DNA from: Botryllus schlosseri
Taxonomy: Eukaryota
DNA: 64,000 nt
Direction of reading: 5' to 3'
NCBI GenBank assembly: GCA_051294905.1
Contig: CM119373.1
Location: 33,914,001-33,978,000 of the forward strand
Under the pieces are notes generated by a model. It worked only from the letters and a program-made list of their open reading frames with translations, ran no database searches and was not told the DNA's origin. A program made the position numbers and the translations under genes. Positions 13,358 to 26,431 of the stretch are shown one piece after another; the stretch's first letter is position 1, and each line of letters begins with the position of its first letter.

Positions 13358-13754
13358 ATAACACAGTAATATTCCAATTAGAATTGACTGCAAAAGTTCA
13401 GTGTGACAGTCGCGTTTTTCCAGCTCGTCAAAAATGGTCGAAACACTTCAAGTGGTGCCAAGAAGTTGACAAATCTCAAAATTTTCTCTGTAACGTCAGT
13501 AACATTTTGATTGGCTCAAAGTAACACGTGAGCTCAACACTACAAAATTGAGGGAAATTGGAAAGGAAGGAACACGAAGTCTGAATCAGCTGGGCTTACA
13601 GATAGTGAGAAAGCGTCATTAACACAGTTTTATAAAACAACGGATAACGAACAAAAAACGAGATCCATGCTTTCTCGCAAGATGTATAAAACCAAAGGCA
13701 AGATGTTTGCAAAATCACTAATTTTGAAATTTGATCCGTTAACGTTTTGTGGCA

Positions 13755-15407
13755 TCACAAGATGATTGCCGAAGCATGGATTCTATTGTTCAGATATTCC
13801 AGGTCATCACTATGGAAGTCTATCAACGTACTCAACAAATGAGTTTTCGGATTGAACTCGAGGATATCATCGCAGAGCATTTCATCATTGTATCCACCAC
13901 ATATGTATATCTTACCGAGAATACAATGAGTTTTGAAATCCATTCGCTTCAATCCGGGTTTTTGAACTGGAATTAACGTCCACATACTTTCAGCACTGGG
14001 TAGCCAAAGAATGTCGGTTGCACACATACTGTTCGCAGTTTTTCCGCCAAGAAAGTAGATGTCCTTATTCAATGTACATGCACTTGCATGAGTTCTCGCA
14101 ACTGGCAATGATGGTCCATGTGACCAAGTGGATGCTGAAAAGTTGAAACATTCCACATCCAGCAGAAATTTAGATGAATATACATCAAAACCACCAATTG
14201 CGTAAAGCTTATCCCTAGCTATAGTGTAGGCAGACGCAACCACAATGGATTGCTTGTTAGGAAGCTTCGACCACTTGTTATTGATTGTGTCATATTGGAC
14301 CAAAAAAGACTCGGTCCATTTATGACCTGATAAATAAAATTTCCCTGATTTACGTGCAACTACTTCACCGTATCGGTATTCTGGTAATGGACGTTCAAGT
14401 TTTATCCAGGGTGAATCATATTCAAGAAAATTACGACGGTAGAAATCAGAATTGGTATAAATGACATATATGTAGCAGTCCATCACAACTATCGCGTTAA
14501 ATCGTGTCATAGTATCTTTATAATTGAAATGCCGCTGCTCGGTCAAAGACTTTCTGTCAATGTCAAACCACATAAAACGTCCTTGTCCATTCGTCATTAT
14601 AATGCCCGGAGTGCAGTCACCTTTGTAATCACTCGTTTCTACATCTGATTTCTCCGGTAGTGACTTCATGATGTACATCATGCATTCGGTGGATTTGCCA
14701 ACAGTTGGGTGCTGAGATAAAAATTTACGATAGTAGACGGGTATTTCTTCCAGGTCGATGTGCTTCAGTAAATCAAAAAGTTGATCGGCGCGATCCAAGT
14801 CCTCATTAACCCAAATCATTGACGCTTTGCATTTAATAACATCCAACACATGCAAATCTTCAGAGGAAATCAAATCCTCCAGGAGATCGAACTCAAGTTC
14901 CTTGAAATAGGATGTTTTCATGATCGAATGAAAGTGATCGCGAGCAAAACTTCGGCATGCTTGCTGTAATTGCTGACAGAAATACTTCTCAGCAATATAC
15001 CGGGTATCGAAAAACGAGTCTACGTCAAGATTTTCCTCCAGAAAAAGTGACATTGCATCGCATACTTTATCAATTCCAAACAAATGCGCAACATACATTA
15101 GTTTTTCTGTTTTTCGAATCAGAAATGACGCTTGTCCAGTGTACATGATATCAATGCAGGTCATCACACATTCAGGATCTACATACTTTAAATCAACCAT
15201 TCCCAACATGTTCTCTTTTGTGTCGTGATTGAGCATCTTAGCAAAATACTCAGAACTTGCGGCAATGACGCACTTGTGAACAGAGATTTCCTTTTCTCCC
15301 GCTTTGATAATGAAGTCGCAATACTGTTGATTGATTCTAAACTCGTCAAATTTCGAAAGAATATCAAGGGCATGACCCGTTTTGCCAATATCCAGAAGAT
15401 GCTCCAT
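13755..15407 (-). CDS. BTB-BACK-Kelch protein K3
   Basis: Intact ORF 13755..15410 (GTG), ATG at 15407; BTB, BACK, three GG-type Kelch blades. Confidence 0.92.
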   Translation of the reverse strand: MEHLLDIGKTGHALDILSKFDEFRINQQYCDFIIKAGEKEISVHKCVIAASSEYFAKMLNHDTKENMLGMVDLKYVDPECVMTCIDIMYTGQASFLIRKTEKLMYVAHLFGIDKVCDAMSLFLEENLDVDSFFDTRYIAEKYFCQQLQQACRSFARDHFHSIMKTSYFKELEFDLLEDLISSEDLHVLDVIKCKASMIWVNEDLDRADQLFDLLKHIDLEEIPVYYRKFLSQHPTVGKSTECMMYIMKSLPEKSDVETSDYKGDCTPGIIMTNGQGRFMWFDIDRKSLTEQRHFNYKDTMTRFNAIVVMDCYIYVIYTNSDFYRRNFLEYDSPWIKLERPLPEYRYGEVVARKSGKFYLSGHKWTESFLVQYDTINNKWSKLPNKQSIVVASAYTIARDKLYAIGGFDVYSSKFLLDVECFNFSASTWSHGPSLPVARTHASACTLNKDIYFLGGKTANSMCATDILWLPSAESMWTLIPVQKPGLKRMDFKTHCILGKIYICGGYNDEMLCDDILEFNPKTHLLSTLIDFHSDDLEYLNNRIHASAIIL

Positions 15408-16405
15408 CACAGTCGACTAGTTCCGAGTCAACTCAAAACATATAGCTAATTCAAAAACTTTGAGATAGGACACCTAAATCTGATTCTGAAAAATCATACA
15501 CATGGTCAGTACAGTCGTGTGCAAGGATGTGTTTGCTCATGAAGGCATACGAATATTGGTAAGTATCGAAATAGAAAATAGCGTGGATAGTATATTTAAA
15601 CAATACTTTCATCATTTTCCTTACAAATGAATATGAGAGAAAGTATACGCATATGTGGCAGCGAAAAACAATATCTCTAGGCTGTATGAATTTGAACACA
15701 AGTGATCGGGTCACGGTAGATACTATTAGTTGCACAAATGAAAACCTACAGAGCAATGCACGTTCTGTGTTTAGGTGAAATCTGAGAAAAGTCATTGCCT
15801 TGTTCTGCGGTATGAAATAAAATTCGGGAATACACAGTTGATCCAAAATAGAGAAACTTGGCATGAAATTTGGATAGCACAGATAAGAACAGCGGAACAC
15901 AATGACTCGAGTACTCAAATCATATTTGTGTATTAATTATAATGATTCGAGTCGAGTAGTAAGATAAAGTTCTTTCAAGTACTGAAATTACGAGTTCCTG
16001 GACACTATGAGTAATTTATGAGAGGGAATTATAGTTTTTTTTATTGGATGTGACATATCTGTGAAGCCATTATTTGGATCAACCCACACCATTGTCATAA
16101 AGTGCAATGAAACAGCGTTGCAACCATTGAGTCTCTGTAGCTGCCGATGTAAATATTGATAAAATGTCATAATAAATTTGAGCTATTTCTCTTTGTTTCA
16201 ATGCAGTACCATTTTGAATGGATTAAAACATCATATGCATAATGCAAGATATGTACATGAATATAAGCTAGGCTTATAGACAGCGATACAAGGTATGGAG
16301 AATGAGTCATACACACATTGTCACAAAACCAATCATAATGGGTAGAAAACAAGGGCAAATATCATGCTTTCTCGCAAGATGTGTGCAAAACCAGGGACTA
16401 GCAAT

Positions 16406-16936
16406 CAGGGTTGTAATGACTCCAATCGAGTCCGACCCTAGTCAAGATTTTCTGATACCTCGACTTGACTCGAGTCATTATCTCAAAATATGGAAATGAC
16501 TCGACTTGGACTCGAGTCATTGCGCAAGAATCGAACCATGTCATATGCATCGATACTCAGACAGCCAAGACCGACATTTCATTGTAATCACACTACTGGG
16601 ATTTCGTCTATTGGTACTTGCACTTGAAAATGCGACCAGAAACTGCAAAAAGTGAGGAAAACTAGTATATAATAAATGCGAACCATTCGATATCACTAAA
16701 CAGAGTTATAAAAAGTGGGTTTAACATGATTTTGACTGAGAACTGAGCAGTCAACACAATGACTTGAATTCGGACTCGAGTCAATACCATGACTCGGACT
16801 CGACCCTCTGCTCGCTGACTTGGACCCAGACGCGACTCAGTGGTGAATTGAAAATGACTCTCGACTTGACTCGAGTCAAAACTATAAATTGACATCGACT
16901 TGTCACTTGGAGCCTTGTCACTCAGTTACAATCCTG
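16406..16936. mobile_element. hAT MITE (GACTCGAGTC-rich family) in K4 3' flank
   Basis: TIR CAGGGTTGTAA/TTACAATCCTG; perfect 8-bp TSD ctagcaat. Confidence 0.88.
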
Positions 16937-16992
16937 CTAGCAATATTTAAAATCATAAATATAAAAATGTGATTCATGATTAATTTGTGGCG

Positions 16993-18720
16993 TCACAGGA
17001 TAATTGCTGCTGCATAATCCAAAGGCATCAGGTCCTGACCATCAAATTCTGACAACGTCCTTAACAAATTAGTTTTAGGATTAAATTCGAGAATACTAGA
17101 GCACGGGCCTAGTATGTATAGTAGTACACAGATGTATATCTTAGCGCCAATACAATAAGTCGAAAATTTTGATGGTTGCAAATTGGATAGTGGAATCTGC
17201 GTCCAAATACTTGCATCACTGGACAGCAACAGAATGTTTCTTTGATGCTCCGAGCTCCCGTTGCGTCCACCAAAAAGGTACACGGCTTTATTAAACGTAC
17301 ATGCAACTGCATTATATCTCAAATCAGGCAATGATGGCCCGGTTGACCAAGTGGATGTTGAAAAGTGAAAACATTCCACGTCTTGCAAAACCTTTCTCTT
17401 GCCATTGTCATGATATCCATCACAACCACCAATTACATAAAGCTTATCTTGAGAAATAGTGAAGGCGGATAAACGAGCGGTATATTGCTTGTTCGGAAGC
17501 TTTGACCAATGGTTATTGATTGTGTCATATTGAGCAAAAGAATTGGTTTCAAAAAAATTTGTTACATAAAATTTACCTGATTTACATGCAACTACAATGT
17601 CGTAATGTAGAAATGCACATTCAAGTTTTTTCCAGTGTGAACCATTTTCGAGAAAATTGAGGCTATACAAATCACACTTATGATCAATAACATATATACA
17701 GCATTCTACAACTACAGAACTTAATATGCTGCTATTATGTTTATAATTGAAATGTCGCAGGTCTGTCAAAGACTCTTTTTCAATGTCAAACCACATGAGA
17801 CATGAAAGATCAGAATTTATCATTAGAATGCCAGGATCACAGTCACCTCTGTAATCGCTGACCACTACATCTAACTTTTCAGGTACCGGTATAGACTTCA
17901 TGATGTGCATCACGCATTCGGGGGAATTGGCAACAGATGGTTGCTCTGATAAAAATTTGCGATAGGAGACGGGAATATTCTGCAGATTGATATGCTTCAG
18001 TAATTCAAAGAGTCTATCAGCCCAATGGAAGTCGTTGTTGACCCAAATCATCAAGGCTTTGCACTTGATCACATCCAACACATTCAAATCCTCAGAGGAA
18101 AGCATATACTTCAGGAATTCAAATTCAGATTCCTTGAAATCGGCCGTTTTCATGATCGAATGAAAGTTATTTTGAACAAAACATATGCATGCTTGCTGTA
18201 GTTGTCGACAGGAATATTTATCAGCAATATTTCTGGTATCGAAAAACATGTCCATGTCAAGATTATTTTCCAGAAAAAGTGACAATGCATCATATACGTT
18301 CTTGATCCCAAACAAATGCGCCACATCAATTAGTTTTTCCGTTTTTTCGATCATGAAAGAAGCCTGCCCAGTGTACATCATTTCAATGCATGTCATCACA
18401 CATTCAGGATCTGCATGCTTCATAGTAACCATTCCCAGCTGGTTCTCTTTCGTGTCATGATTGAGCATAGCTGCAAAATATTCAGAACTTGCGGCGATGA
18501 CGCACTTGTGGACAGCCGCCTCCTTCTCTCCCGCTTTGATAATGAAGTCACAATACTGCCGATTTATTCTGAACTCGTCAAATTTAGATAGAATGTCGAG
18601 GGCATGACCCGTCCTGTCAATATCCAGAAGATGTTCCATCACAGTTGACCAATTTATAGCCAAAATACACAGATCACTCAAAAACCTGCGAATAACATCT
18701 GTAACTGTAACATCATACAT
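16993..18720 (-). CDS. BTB-BACK-Kelch protein K4 (divergent)
   Basis: Intact 575-aa ORF; true ATG at 18720, family-typical ATG at 18639; last GG motif lost (YICVLL). Confidence 0.9.
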   Translation of the reverse strand: MYDVTVTDVIRRFLSDLCILAINWSTVMEHLLDIDRTGHALDILSKFDEFRINRQYCDFIIKAGEKEAAVHKCVIAASSEYFAAMLNHDTKENQLGMVTMKHADPECVMTCIEMMYTGQASFMIEKTEKLIDVAHLFGIKNVYDALSLFLENNLDMDMFFDTRNIADKYSCRQLQQACICFVQNNFHSIMKTADFKESEFEFLKYMLSSEDLNVLDVIKCKALMIWVNNDFHWADRLFELLKHINLQNIPVSYRKFLSEQPSVANSPECVMHIMKSIPVPEKLDVVVSDYRGDCDPGILMINSDLSCLMWFDIEKESLTDLRHFNYKHNSSILSSVVVECCIYVIDHKCDLYSLNFLENGSHWKKLECAFLHYDIVVACKSGKFYVTNFFETNSFAQYDTINNHWSKLPNKQYTARLSAFTISQDKLYVIGGCDGYHDNGKRKVLQDVECFHFSTSTWSTGPSLPDLRYNAVACTFNKAVYLFGGRNGSSEHQRNILLLSSDASIWTQIPLSNLQPSKFSTYCIGAKIYICVLLYILGPCSSILEFNPKTNLLRTLSEFDGQDLMPLDYAAAIIL

Positions 18721-20212
18721 ATAGTGAGTATAGTTGCAGTATACTCATGAAACGGTATCATCATATTCCTAACATAAGGACAGGAAAGAAAATGTAATTC
18801 CACATGTCAGCAGTTTCAGCAGAAATGACTTATGGTATTTAAACGAGTTAAATATTTTGAAAATATTTCAGGTGTCCACAAGTAGGACACAATTCCATTC
18901 AGTGAATTAGAAATTTTCGTCAATTCAGAACACTACAAGACTGCGATACAATGAAAGATAGGAAGGTGTTGAAAGGACTTGGAGTAGTCTTTGAAATCAG
19001 ACACCCGGTGATGTAAAGAAGAGGCATGCACACTGAATGAAGAGTAAACGAAAATATTACATAAAGACAAGTGAAAAAATTGAGTGGCATGTGACGGAAG
19101 TCGAGATGGATAGGGCAGATCGTTGTTTGGTAAACTTGAGATCTGTCTATTATTTATTCAGTAGAAATTGCTTGTATTTCGACTTGAATATGGACATTCT
19201 CGAGAACTGTCGGATAGCCGCCGAGATTATTCAAGTACTCTAATCCAAACCGTGTATTAAATGTTATGATCCGAGAAGTGAGAAACGAATATTTTTCGAG
19301 TACTGAGATCATGCGCCTTTTTCCATTAGGAGGTATATTATCAACGAGAGTTACAGTGCCGATGCTCTTTTCCTAATGTGGAAGTGTCAAAACCCAATTG
19401 GTCGTATCCTGAAATAGACGAAGTATACGAAATACACAAGTAACAGGTGATTAAATTTGAGTCAATCCACAGCATGTTCACAAAGTGATAAGAAATTGGC
19501 ATGGTCGAAAAATTACAATATTATCTATATGTAGTGTAAAATTGCATTTAATTTCTTTGTAGCTGCATTTTGGGTGCATATATGAGCACTGAGCAGTAAC
19601 CAATCATCATATTTTTATAATGAAATACTAAGCAATACTTGAATAATCTACCTGATAATAAATCTATTAACTCAGGTACCAAGCCCTACCAACAAGCATA
19701 GAACGAACTTCAAAATTTTTAAGCATGGGTATGATACATGTAAGCCTACATGGAACACAAAGCGAGAAATACAGAAAGATAGTATGAAAGTACACAAGCA
19801 ATAAACAGAAAGATGGTATGAAAATGCACAAGCAATATAAATTTATTGGGACATGTCGCTACAGAGGTGGCATCATTAGTAACTAACCTTGCTTATCCTG
19901 AAGATTTAAACGAATACTGTGATCCTACATGCATCTGTTGGTTGTATTTTGACAGCTTTCTGTGTTACTGAGTTTCAAGATATCTCATACTGTCTTACAG
20001 AACTTATAATTTCATTTGACGAAAATGGTTCATGTACTTAAGTTTAATAAATTTGAAATTTATGTTCATCGTTACACTACTGACCTTTTCATCAATTCAA
20101 AATCAGAGGTGGTGAAAGTGAAATTAGAAGCCACGGCGTATATAGTACGGAATTTCAAATAGAAGTTGCAATATCTAAGACATGTCAAAACTAAAATGAC
20201 TAATGACACAAC

Positions 20213-20620
20213 CAGAGTTGTCATGACTCAAGTCGCGAATTTCCGTCAACTCGACTTGACCCTAGTAATTTTCTGTACATACTCAAACAAGTCAATGGCT
20301 TGATTAAACTCTCGTGAATCAGCAACGATACGCGACAATAGGCCCAGAAACTGTGTTTTCGTATGTTTGAATAGAGATAATGAGATTTATAAAAATGAGT
20401 GTCCTATGAATTGGAGACTTTGATATCATCAAATAACGTTAAAAATGTGAGTTGAACCTGACTTGAACTCTATAATATACAAGGAAGACTATGGCTTGGA
20501 CTCGAACTCGGCAATTTTCTCTTTGACTTCAGCTCGGACTTGACCAGGACGTGAGTTGTTAATGACTCGACCTCACTCGAGTCAAAGCTATAAAAGTAAT
20601 ATTGACTTGTGACAACCATG
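20213..20620. mobile_element. hAT MITE, ancestral insertion copy 3
   Basis: TSD gacacaac/gacacacc. Confidence 0.7.
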
Positions 20621-21208
20621 GACACACCATAGATTAGTCTTTAAAAATAGAATCCATTGATATACGGTCGAATCCATGCGGTTATTATGACGATTTCACT
20701 CACAAATGTGGGGAAAGCTTATTTCAAACTACTTTCAATTTCTCAAAATCCAAATTATGTAAAGTAATCATTTTGGTCTAAGAACTGTCAAAGTAAAATA
20801 AGTCTGAAAATGACGCGAGAAAGTAGCACAAGTAACCTAAACCCAGTATTCCAAAAATTACTACATTCCACAGCCCACACTAACTCAAAATATTCTACAA
20901 CTGTAAAACTACGACAATACAGAATTTGGTCTGCGACATCAAGACAACGCCTTACCTATAAGTTAAGTCCATTATGTAAAACAATGATGGAACAAAGGAA
21001 TAGAAATGTTGGAAAGTTAAGAGACATCCATCTTGCAAATTGCATGCAAGTTGGCATATTCTAAATGAGAAGTCAAGTAGATGAGCAAAAAATATTATCT
21101 TGCAAATTTAACATAGACATGTATATAGATTTCCCATGAAATCCCAATTCCGGTCCAATTCCAAATTGAAGTGTAAATATAATAAGGTAATCGTTCCATA
21201 CTCAAAAG

Positions 21209-22491
21209 TTACTTTGTGTTAAAATGGACCTGCATGTGGTTCCTCAAACAGGAACTTCTGACGAATAACTTGCCGCATATTTCACACCCATAATCTTTCA
21301 CGTTCAAATGGCTCTTCATATGTCGCTTCAGAGAATGTTTTTGAACGAACGCTTGACCACACGTTTGGCATTTGAAATTTTTTATATCCAGATGAATACG
21401 CATATGCCGATTCAAAGAACATTTTTGGTTAAATGAAAGATCGCATCTCTCACATTTAAAATCGTTCAAGCCATAATGGATGAACATGTGTCGCTGTAGG
21501 GATAGCTTTTGACTAAAATATTTGCCACAAACTTCACACTCGAAATTCACACCAAAATGGATGAGAGTGTGATTTTTCAAATACAGCAGTGTGGAGAACG
21601 ATTTTCCACATGTCTCACACTCATGTCTCTCATCGTTAGTGCGTGAATGGATGAGCAAGTTGTGTGCTAAACTTGCCTTCGCTTGAACGATTTGCCACAT
21701 ATTTCACACGAGAAATTATTCACATCCAAATGGATTGCCATATGCTTTCGCAAACCATCTTTCCTCCTATGTAATGAGCCACATATGTCACACTTTACCT
21801 CTATACCATCAGTGTGCATCCTCGAATGATTTCTTAGAGACTGTTGATGCTGGAAAAGTTTACCGCATACTTGGCATTCAAAGCTTTTTACAGCAGAGTG
21901 GACGGACATATGTGATTTCAAAGCTGTCTTTGAGTAGAACAACATTGCGCAAATTTTGCACTCAACTTTTTTGATAGCGGTTGCATTATGGACGATCTTA
22001 TTATGTTTTCTCAAATCTTTCTTTGTGAAGAATGATCTTTCACAAATTTCACATTTGAAACTTTTAACGTCAAAATGGCGCAGCACGTGATTCTTCAAAC
22101 CTCTCATTTCTTTTAGAATTTTGCCGCAAATTTCGCATGTAAAATTTTTTGTACTCGAATGGGACTGCATGTGCTTCTCGAGATCATCTCTCTGTCCGAA
22201 GGGCAAATGACATGTTCGACAGGTCACAGTTTCGGTAGCAGAATAAAGCAGTATGTGCTGACTCAAATTCCATTCAGAGGACAATGCTTTGAAGCAAACT
22301 TCACATTTGAAATGCTTTACGCCAGCATGGGTCAGCAAGTGCTGACTTGAACTGGATTTATGCGCCAAGGATTTAAGATAAAGTTCACATTTGAAAGGCT
22401 TCACTGCACGAGTGTGAATCAGCAAGTGAATTTTCAGATGACTCTTTGTGCTGTAAAATCGACCACAAACGTCACACTCGTAGTATGGCAT
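21209..22491 (-). pseudogene. Poly-C2H2 ZNF Z3, frameshift in finger 10
   Basis: ORFs 21667..22491 and 21209..21700; 1 bp shorter than Z1 at ~21685 and His->Asn in the same finger. Confidence 0.85.
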
Positions 22492-22727
22492 GGGATGGCG
22501 GAATGAATAAACAGTGTTCCTTGTGACCAGCTTCCGCGAGTAATAACTTGACAGAAATTTAACAATGCGTGTTCAACTGCGCTCTATGATGAACTTGCTG
22601 CCTGTCTTGTAACTGAAACTAGACCAAATCGTCCCAATGCTCAAATCTGTCCGAGTTTGAAAATTCGAGGTAGTGATGAACGATGATAGAAGCAGAGGTA
22701 TCAATCTATAAATTTCAATGCATCAAT

Positions 22728-22827
22728 CTGAAAAAAAGTAAGCAGGACTATTAATAAATCAGTGTAAATATAGCTTGTGGGAACTGACTACAGCCATGAT
22801 CAAATGATGTTCATATTTACCGCTTAC
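22728..22827 (-). other. Putative 5'UTR intron of Z3 (100 bp)
   Basis: GTAAGC...CTTACTTTTTTTCAG. Confidence 0.6.
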
Positions 22828-22934
22828 ATGCTGACACAACACAATAATATTTCCTTTTGAATTGACTGCAAAAAGAGCAGTGTGTCCGTCACATTTCTTT
22901 GAACTTGTCAAAAAATGATTGAAACACGTTAAGG

Positions 22935-23400
22935 CAGTGGTTCTCAACCTTTTAAACCTCAAGGCATGATTTCGAAATGAAAAATAGTTGGGTACACACC
23001 AGCAAACTACCAGAATACTTAGCAGCACCCACTTCAGTAGTATAATTGACTAATGTGCCAATCCAAAATGCTTCTGTATTAAAAATTAAGAAGTTCTCAC
23101 GAAAACAAAACAATTCGTTGAATTTCAACACAAACAAAGTCAGTGCAAGATTCGTGCTTGACTTCTAGCGCATATCCTTTCAATGTGTGGGCACTCATAG
23201 AATAATGCAATTCTCACCTTGTCTTCACGATCACTACTAACAAATACGGAAGCATGGGAGCGAAAGCAATTCAATGCATTTTCACACAAATCGTTTAGCA
23301 TGTGCATGAGGACTGAGGATAACCATACCTCAATACTCAATAGTACTACTGGCATGACATGATACTCTTATTACAATATTTGAAATTGTCGAGACAAATG
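22935..23400 (-). mobile_element. Buster-type hAT 3' end remnant (paralog of 6028..6544)
   Basis: TIR CAGTGGTTCTCAACC; ORF 23140..23355 ends ...VRIALFYECPHIERICARSQARILH-stop. Confidence 0.5.
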
Positions 23401-23544
23401 AATAATGAACGCATTCAATATATTATATTAAGTCTAGATCATGGGACGACGTAATATTTTAGTTTTTAGTTCCACTTTAACTGACACCTCTTGAAAAACA
23501 CAACTACTTGTGCAGGAAGAATACTACAAAGACCTCATGCATCA

Positions 23545-25167
23545 TCACAAAATAATTCCTGCCGAATAGAGGTTGAGATCCAGAGACTTCACGTCTTGCC
23601 AATCGAATTCTATCAAGGTATTCAACAAATTCGTCTTGGGGTTGAATTCGAGGATACTCGAGCATGGTCTGTTAGAAAAGAATCCACCGCATATGTATAC
23701 CTTCTCTCCAACACAATAAGTCGCAAAATATGACCGTTGCAAATTGGGAAGTGGGATTTGCGTCCAAATATATGCGTCATGGGGCAACAGAAGAATGTTG
23801 CTTCCATACTGCAACTTGCCACTAAGACCACCAAGAACGTAAGTGCTCTTATTCAAGGTGCATGCGACTGCACCAGTTCTCTTATCCGGTAAGGATGGCC
23901 CAATTGACCAAGTGGATGTCGAAAAGCTGAAACATTCCACATCTTGCAAATAGTTATTTAGTCCATTAGAGCCTCCAATTACATAAAGCTTATGCTGGGA
24001 AATAGTGAAGGCAGACGAAAGAGTTCTATATTGCTTGTTGGGGAGCTTTGACCAATGGTTATTATTTATGTCATATTGAGCCAAACAGCAGCTCGGATAT
24101 TCATTTGCTACATAAAATTTACCCGATTTACAGGCAACTACACTGCTGTAATATGGAAATGAACGTTCAAGTTCGTTCCAGAGCGAATCATTTTCGAGAA
24201 AATTACGATAGTACAGATCATACTTGAGATCAATAACATATATGTAGCATTCCATTACAACAACTGAGCCTGGTATATAATTGAATGGCCGTAGCTCAGT
24301 GACCGACTTTCTGTCTATGTCAAACCACATGAGACGAGAAAGATCAACATTCACCATCAAAATACCAGGAGTACAGTCACCTTTGTAATCACTGGCTTCT
24401 ACATATGATTTCTCTGGTAGTGATTTCATGACGTACGTCATGCATTCGGTGGATTTGGCGACAGATTGTTGCTGAGATAAAAATTTACGATATGAGATGG
24501 GTATTTTTTGCAGGTCAATATGCTGCAATAAGTCAAAAAGTTGATTGGATCGATCCAAGTTGTCGTTGAACCAAATCGTCGCGGCTTTGCACTTGATCAC
24601 ATCCAACATCTTCAAATCTTCAGAGGAAATCAAATATTCCAGGAATTCGAATTCCAGTTCCTTGAATTCGTCCCTTTTCATGATCGCGTGAAAGTGTTCA
24701 TGAGCAAAACTTCTGCATGCTTGCTGTAATTGTTGACAGGAATACTTATCGGCAATATTTCTGGTGTCGAAAAACGAGTCCAATTCAAGATTTTCATTCA
24801 GGAAAAGTGACATTGCATCGCATGCTTTATTAATTCCAAACAAATGTGCCACATACATTAGTTTTTCCGTTTTTTTAATCAGGAAGGAAGCTTGTCCAGT
24901 GTACATAATTTCAATGCAGGTCATCACACATTCAGGATCCACATGCTTCAAATCAACCATTCCCAACCTGTTCTCTTTTGTGTCGTGATTGAGCATCTTT
25001 GCAAAATACTCGGAACTTGCGGCAATAACGCACTTGTGAACAAAGATTTCCTTTTCTCCCGCTTTGATAATGAAGTCGCAATACTGTTGATTGATTCTGA
25101 ACTCGTCAAATTTCGACAGAAGGTCGAGGGCATGGCCCGTCTGGTCAATTTTCAAAAGATGTTCCAT
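23545..25167 (-). CDS. BTB-BACK-Kelch protein K5
   Basis: Intact ORF 23545..25170 (GTG), ATG at 25167; close paralog of K2. Confidence 0.92.
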   Translation of the reverse strand: MEHLLKIDQTGHALDLLSKFDEFRINQQYCDFIIKAGEKEIFVHKCVIAASSEYFAKMLNHDTKENRLGMVDLKHVDPECVMTCIEIMYTGQASFLIKKTEKLMYVAHLFGINKACDAMSLFLNENLELDSFFDTRNIADKYSCQQLQQACRSFAHEHFHAIMKRDEFKELEFEFLEYLISSEDLKMLDVIKCKAATIWFNDNLDRSNQLFDLLQHIDLQKIPISYRKFLSQQQSVAKSTECMTYVMKSLPEKSYVEASDYKGDCTPGILMVNVDLSRLMWFDIDRKSVTELRPFNYIPGSVVVMECYIYVIDLKYDLYYRNFLENDSLWNELERSFPYYSSVVACKSGKFYVANEYPSCCLAQYDINNNHWSKLPNKQYRTLSSAFTISQHKLYVIGGSNGLNNYLQDVECFSFSTSTWSIGPSLPDKRTGAVACTLNKSTYVLGGLSGKLQYGSNILLLPHDAYIWTQIPLPNLQRSYFATYCVGEKVYICGGFFSNRPCSSILEFNPKTNLLNTLIEFDWQDVKSLDLNLYSAGIIL

Positions 25168-26431
25168 CACAGCTCACCAGTTTATATCCAAAATATATAG
25201 CTCACTAAAAAACTTTGGAATAAAACTGTAACTGTAACATCAGATACAGGGTGAGTTTAGTTGTAACATATTTATGCAACGGCATCATCATATTCCTAAC
25301 ATAAGGATAGGAAAGAAAATGTAGTCACACATGTCAGCGGAGGGTATATTCTTGGGAGTAAGTGACAGAAGCTAGAATAATATTGAACAGATTGAATGTT
25401 ATAGGGCCAAGAATATTTTTTGGTGTCAACAAAATCAAAGAAATCCCTTCTTTATTCTACAGAAAGCATAAAACACAGACATGTACAGTGGATACAAAAA
25501 GATGGCACAAAAGTACCTACCAAGTAACAGCCAAGCACTTGGGAAATGAATTGAAAACCAAATCGCATCGGAAAACTTTTTACCGTACGTAACAAAAGCG
25601 TACCAAAAAATTGTAGTTTGTAATGCTGAACCACAGTTTCAGGAGAACCGACTTATAGTACTTGAACAAGTTACATATTTTGAAAATCTTTCCATCATTC
25701 ACTAGCAAGTAGTGCCCAGCGCAATTTAGTTCAGTTCATTAGGAATTTTCCTGAATTCAAAACACCACAAGACTGCAATACAATGAAAAAATAGCGAGGT
25801 GTCGAAACGATTAGAAGTAGTTTTTAACACCAGACACCCACCCAGGCCCAAGCAATGTAAATGGATGACATGCACACTGAACGAAGAGTAAAGAGCATCA
25901 TAATATAAAAAGACAAACGACAAAATAAGGTGGCATGTGACGGAAGGCGAGATCGATATGTCATGTCATGATCCGGCACACCTGACGGCTGACTAGTGCC
26001 CATGCTCATTCAGTAGAAATTAATTATACTTGACTTGAATATCGATACACTTGGAGCTTGTAGAATTTATAACAAGTGTCCTCATTTTGGGATCTCAAAA
26101 TGTGGTAACCCTATTTTAAAAGGTATATAGGAGTTCTGGGTAGTGGGGAATGAAGACTAGGAATAAATCTGAAGTGGGGAATGAGGACAAAAAGGTTGGG
26201 AACCCCTGATCCATGCTTATATGAGGCGTAAAAGTGACCGTACATTTTTTGTGGCTGCATTAACGGTAGCGTACATATATGAACATTACTAATGATTATA
26301 GTTCTATGATGCAATATTAAGTGATACTTGAATATGCATCTGGTTCGCAATCTATTAACTCAGGTACCAAGCCCTACTAACAAGCGTAGAACAAACTTCA
26401 AAATTTTTTGATACATGTAGTAGGTCTACAT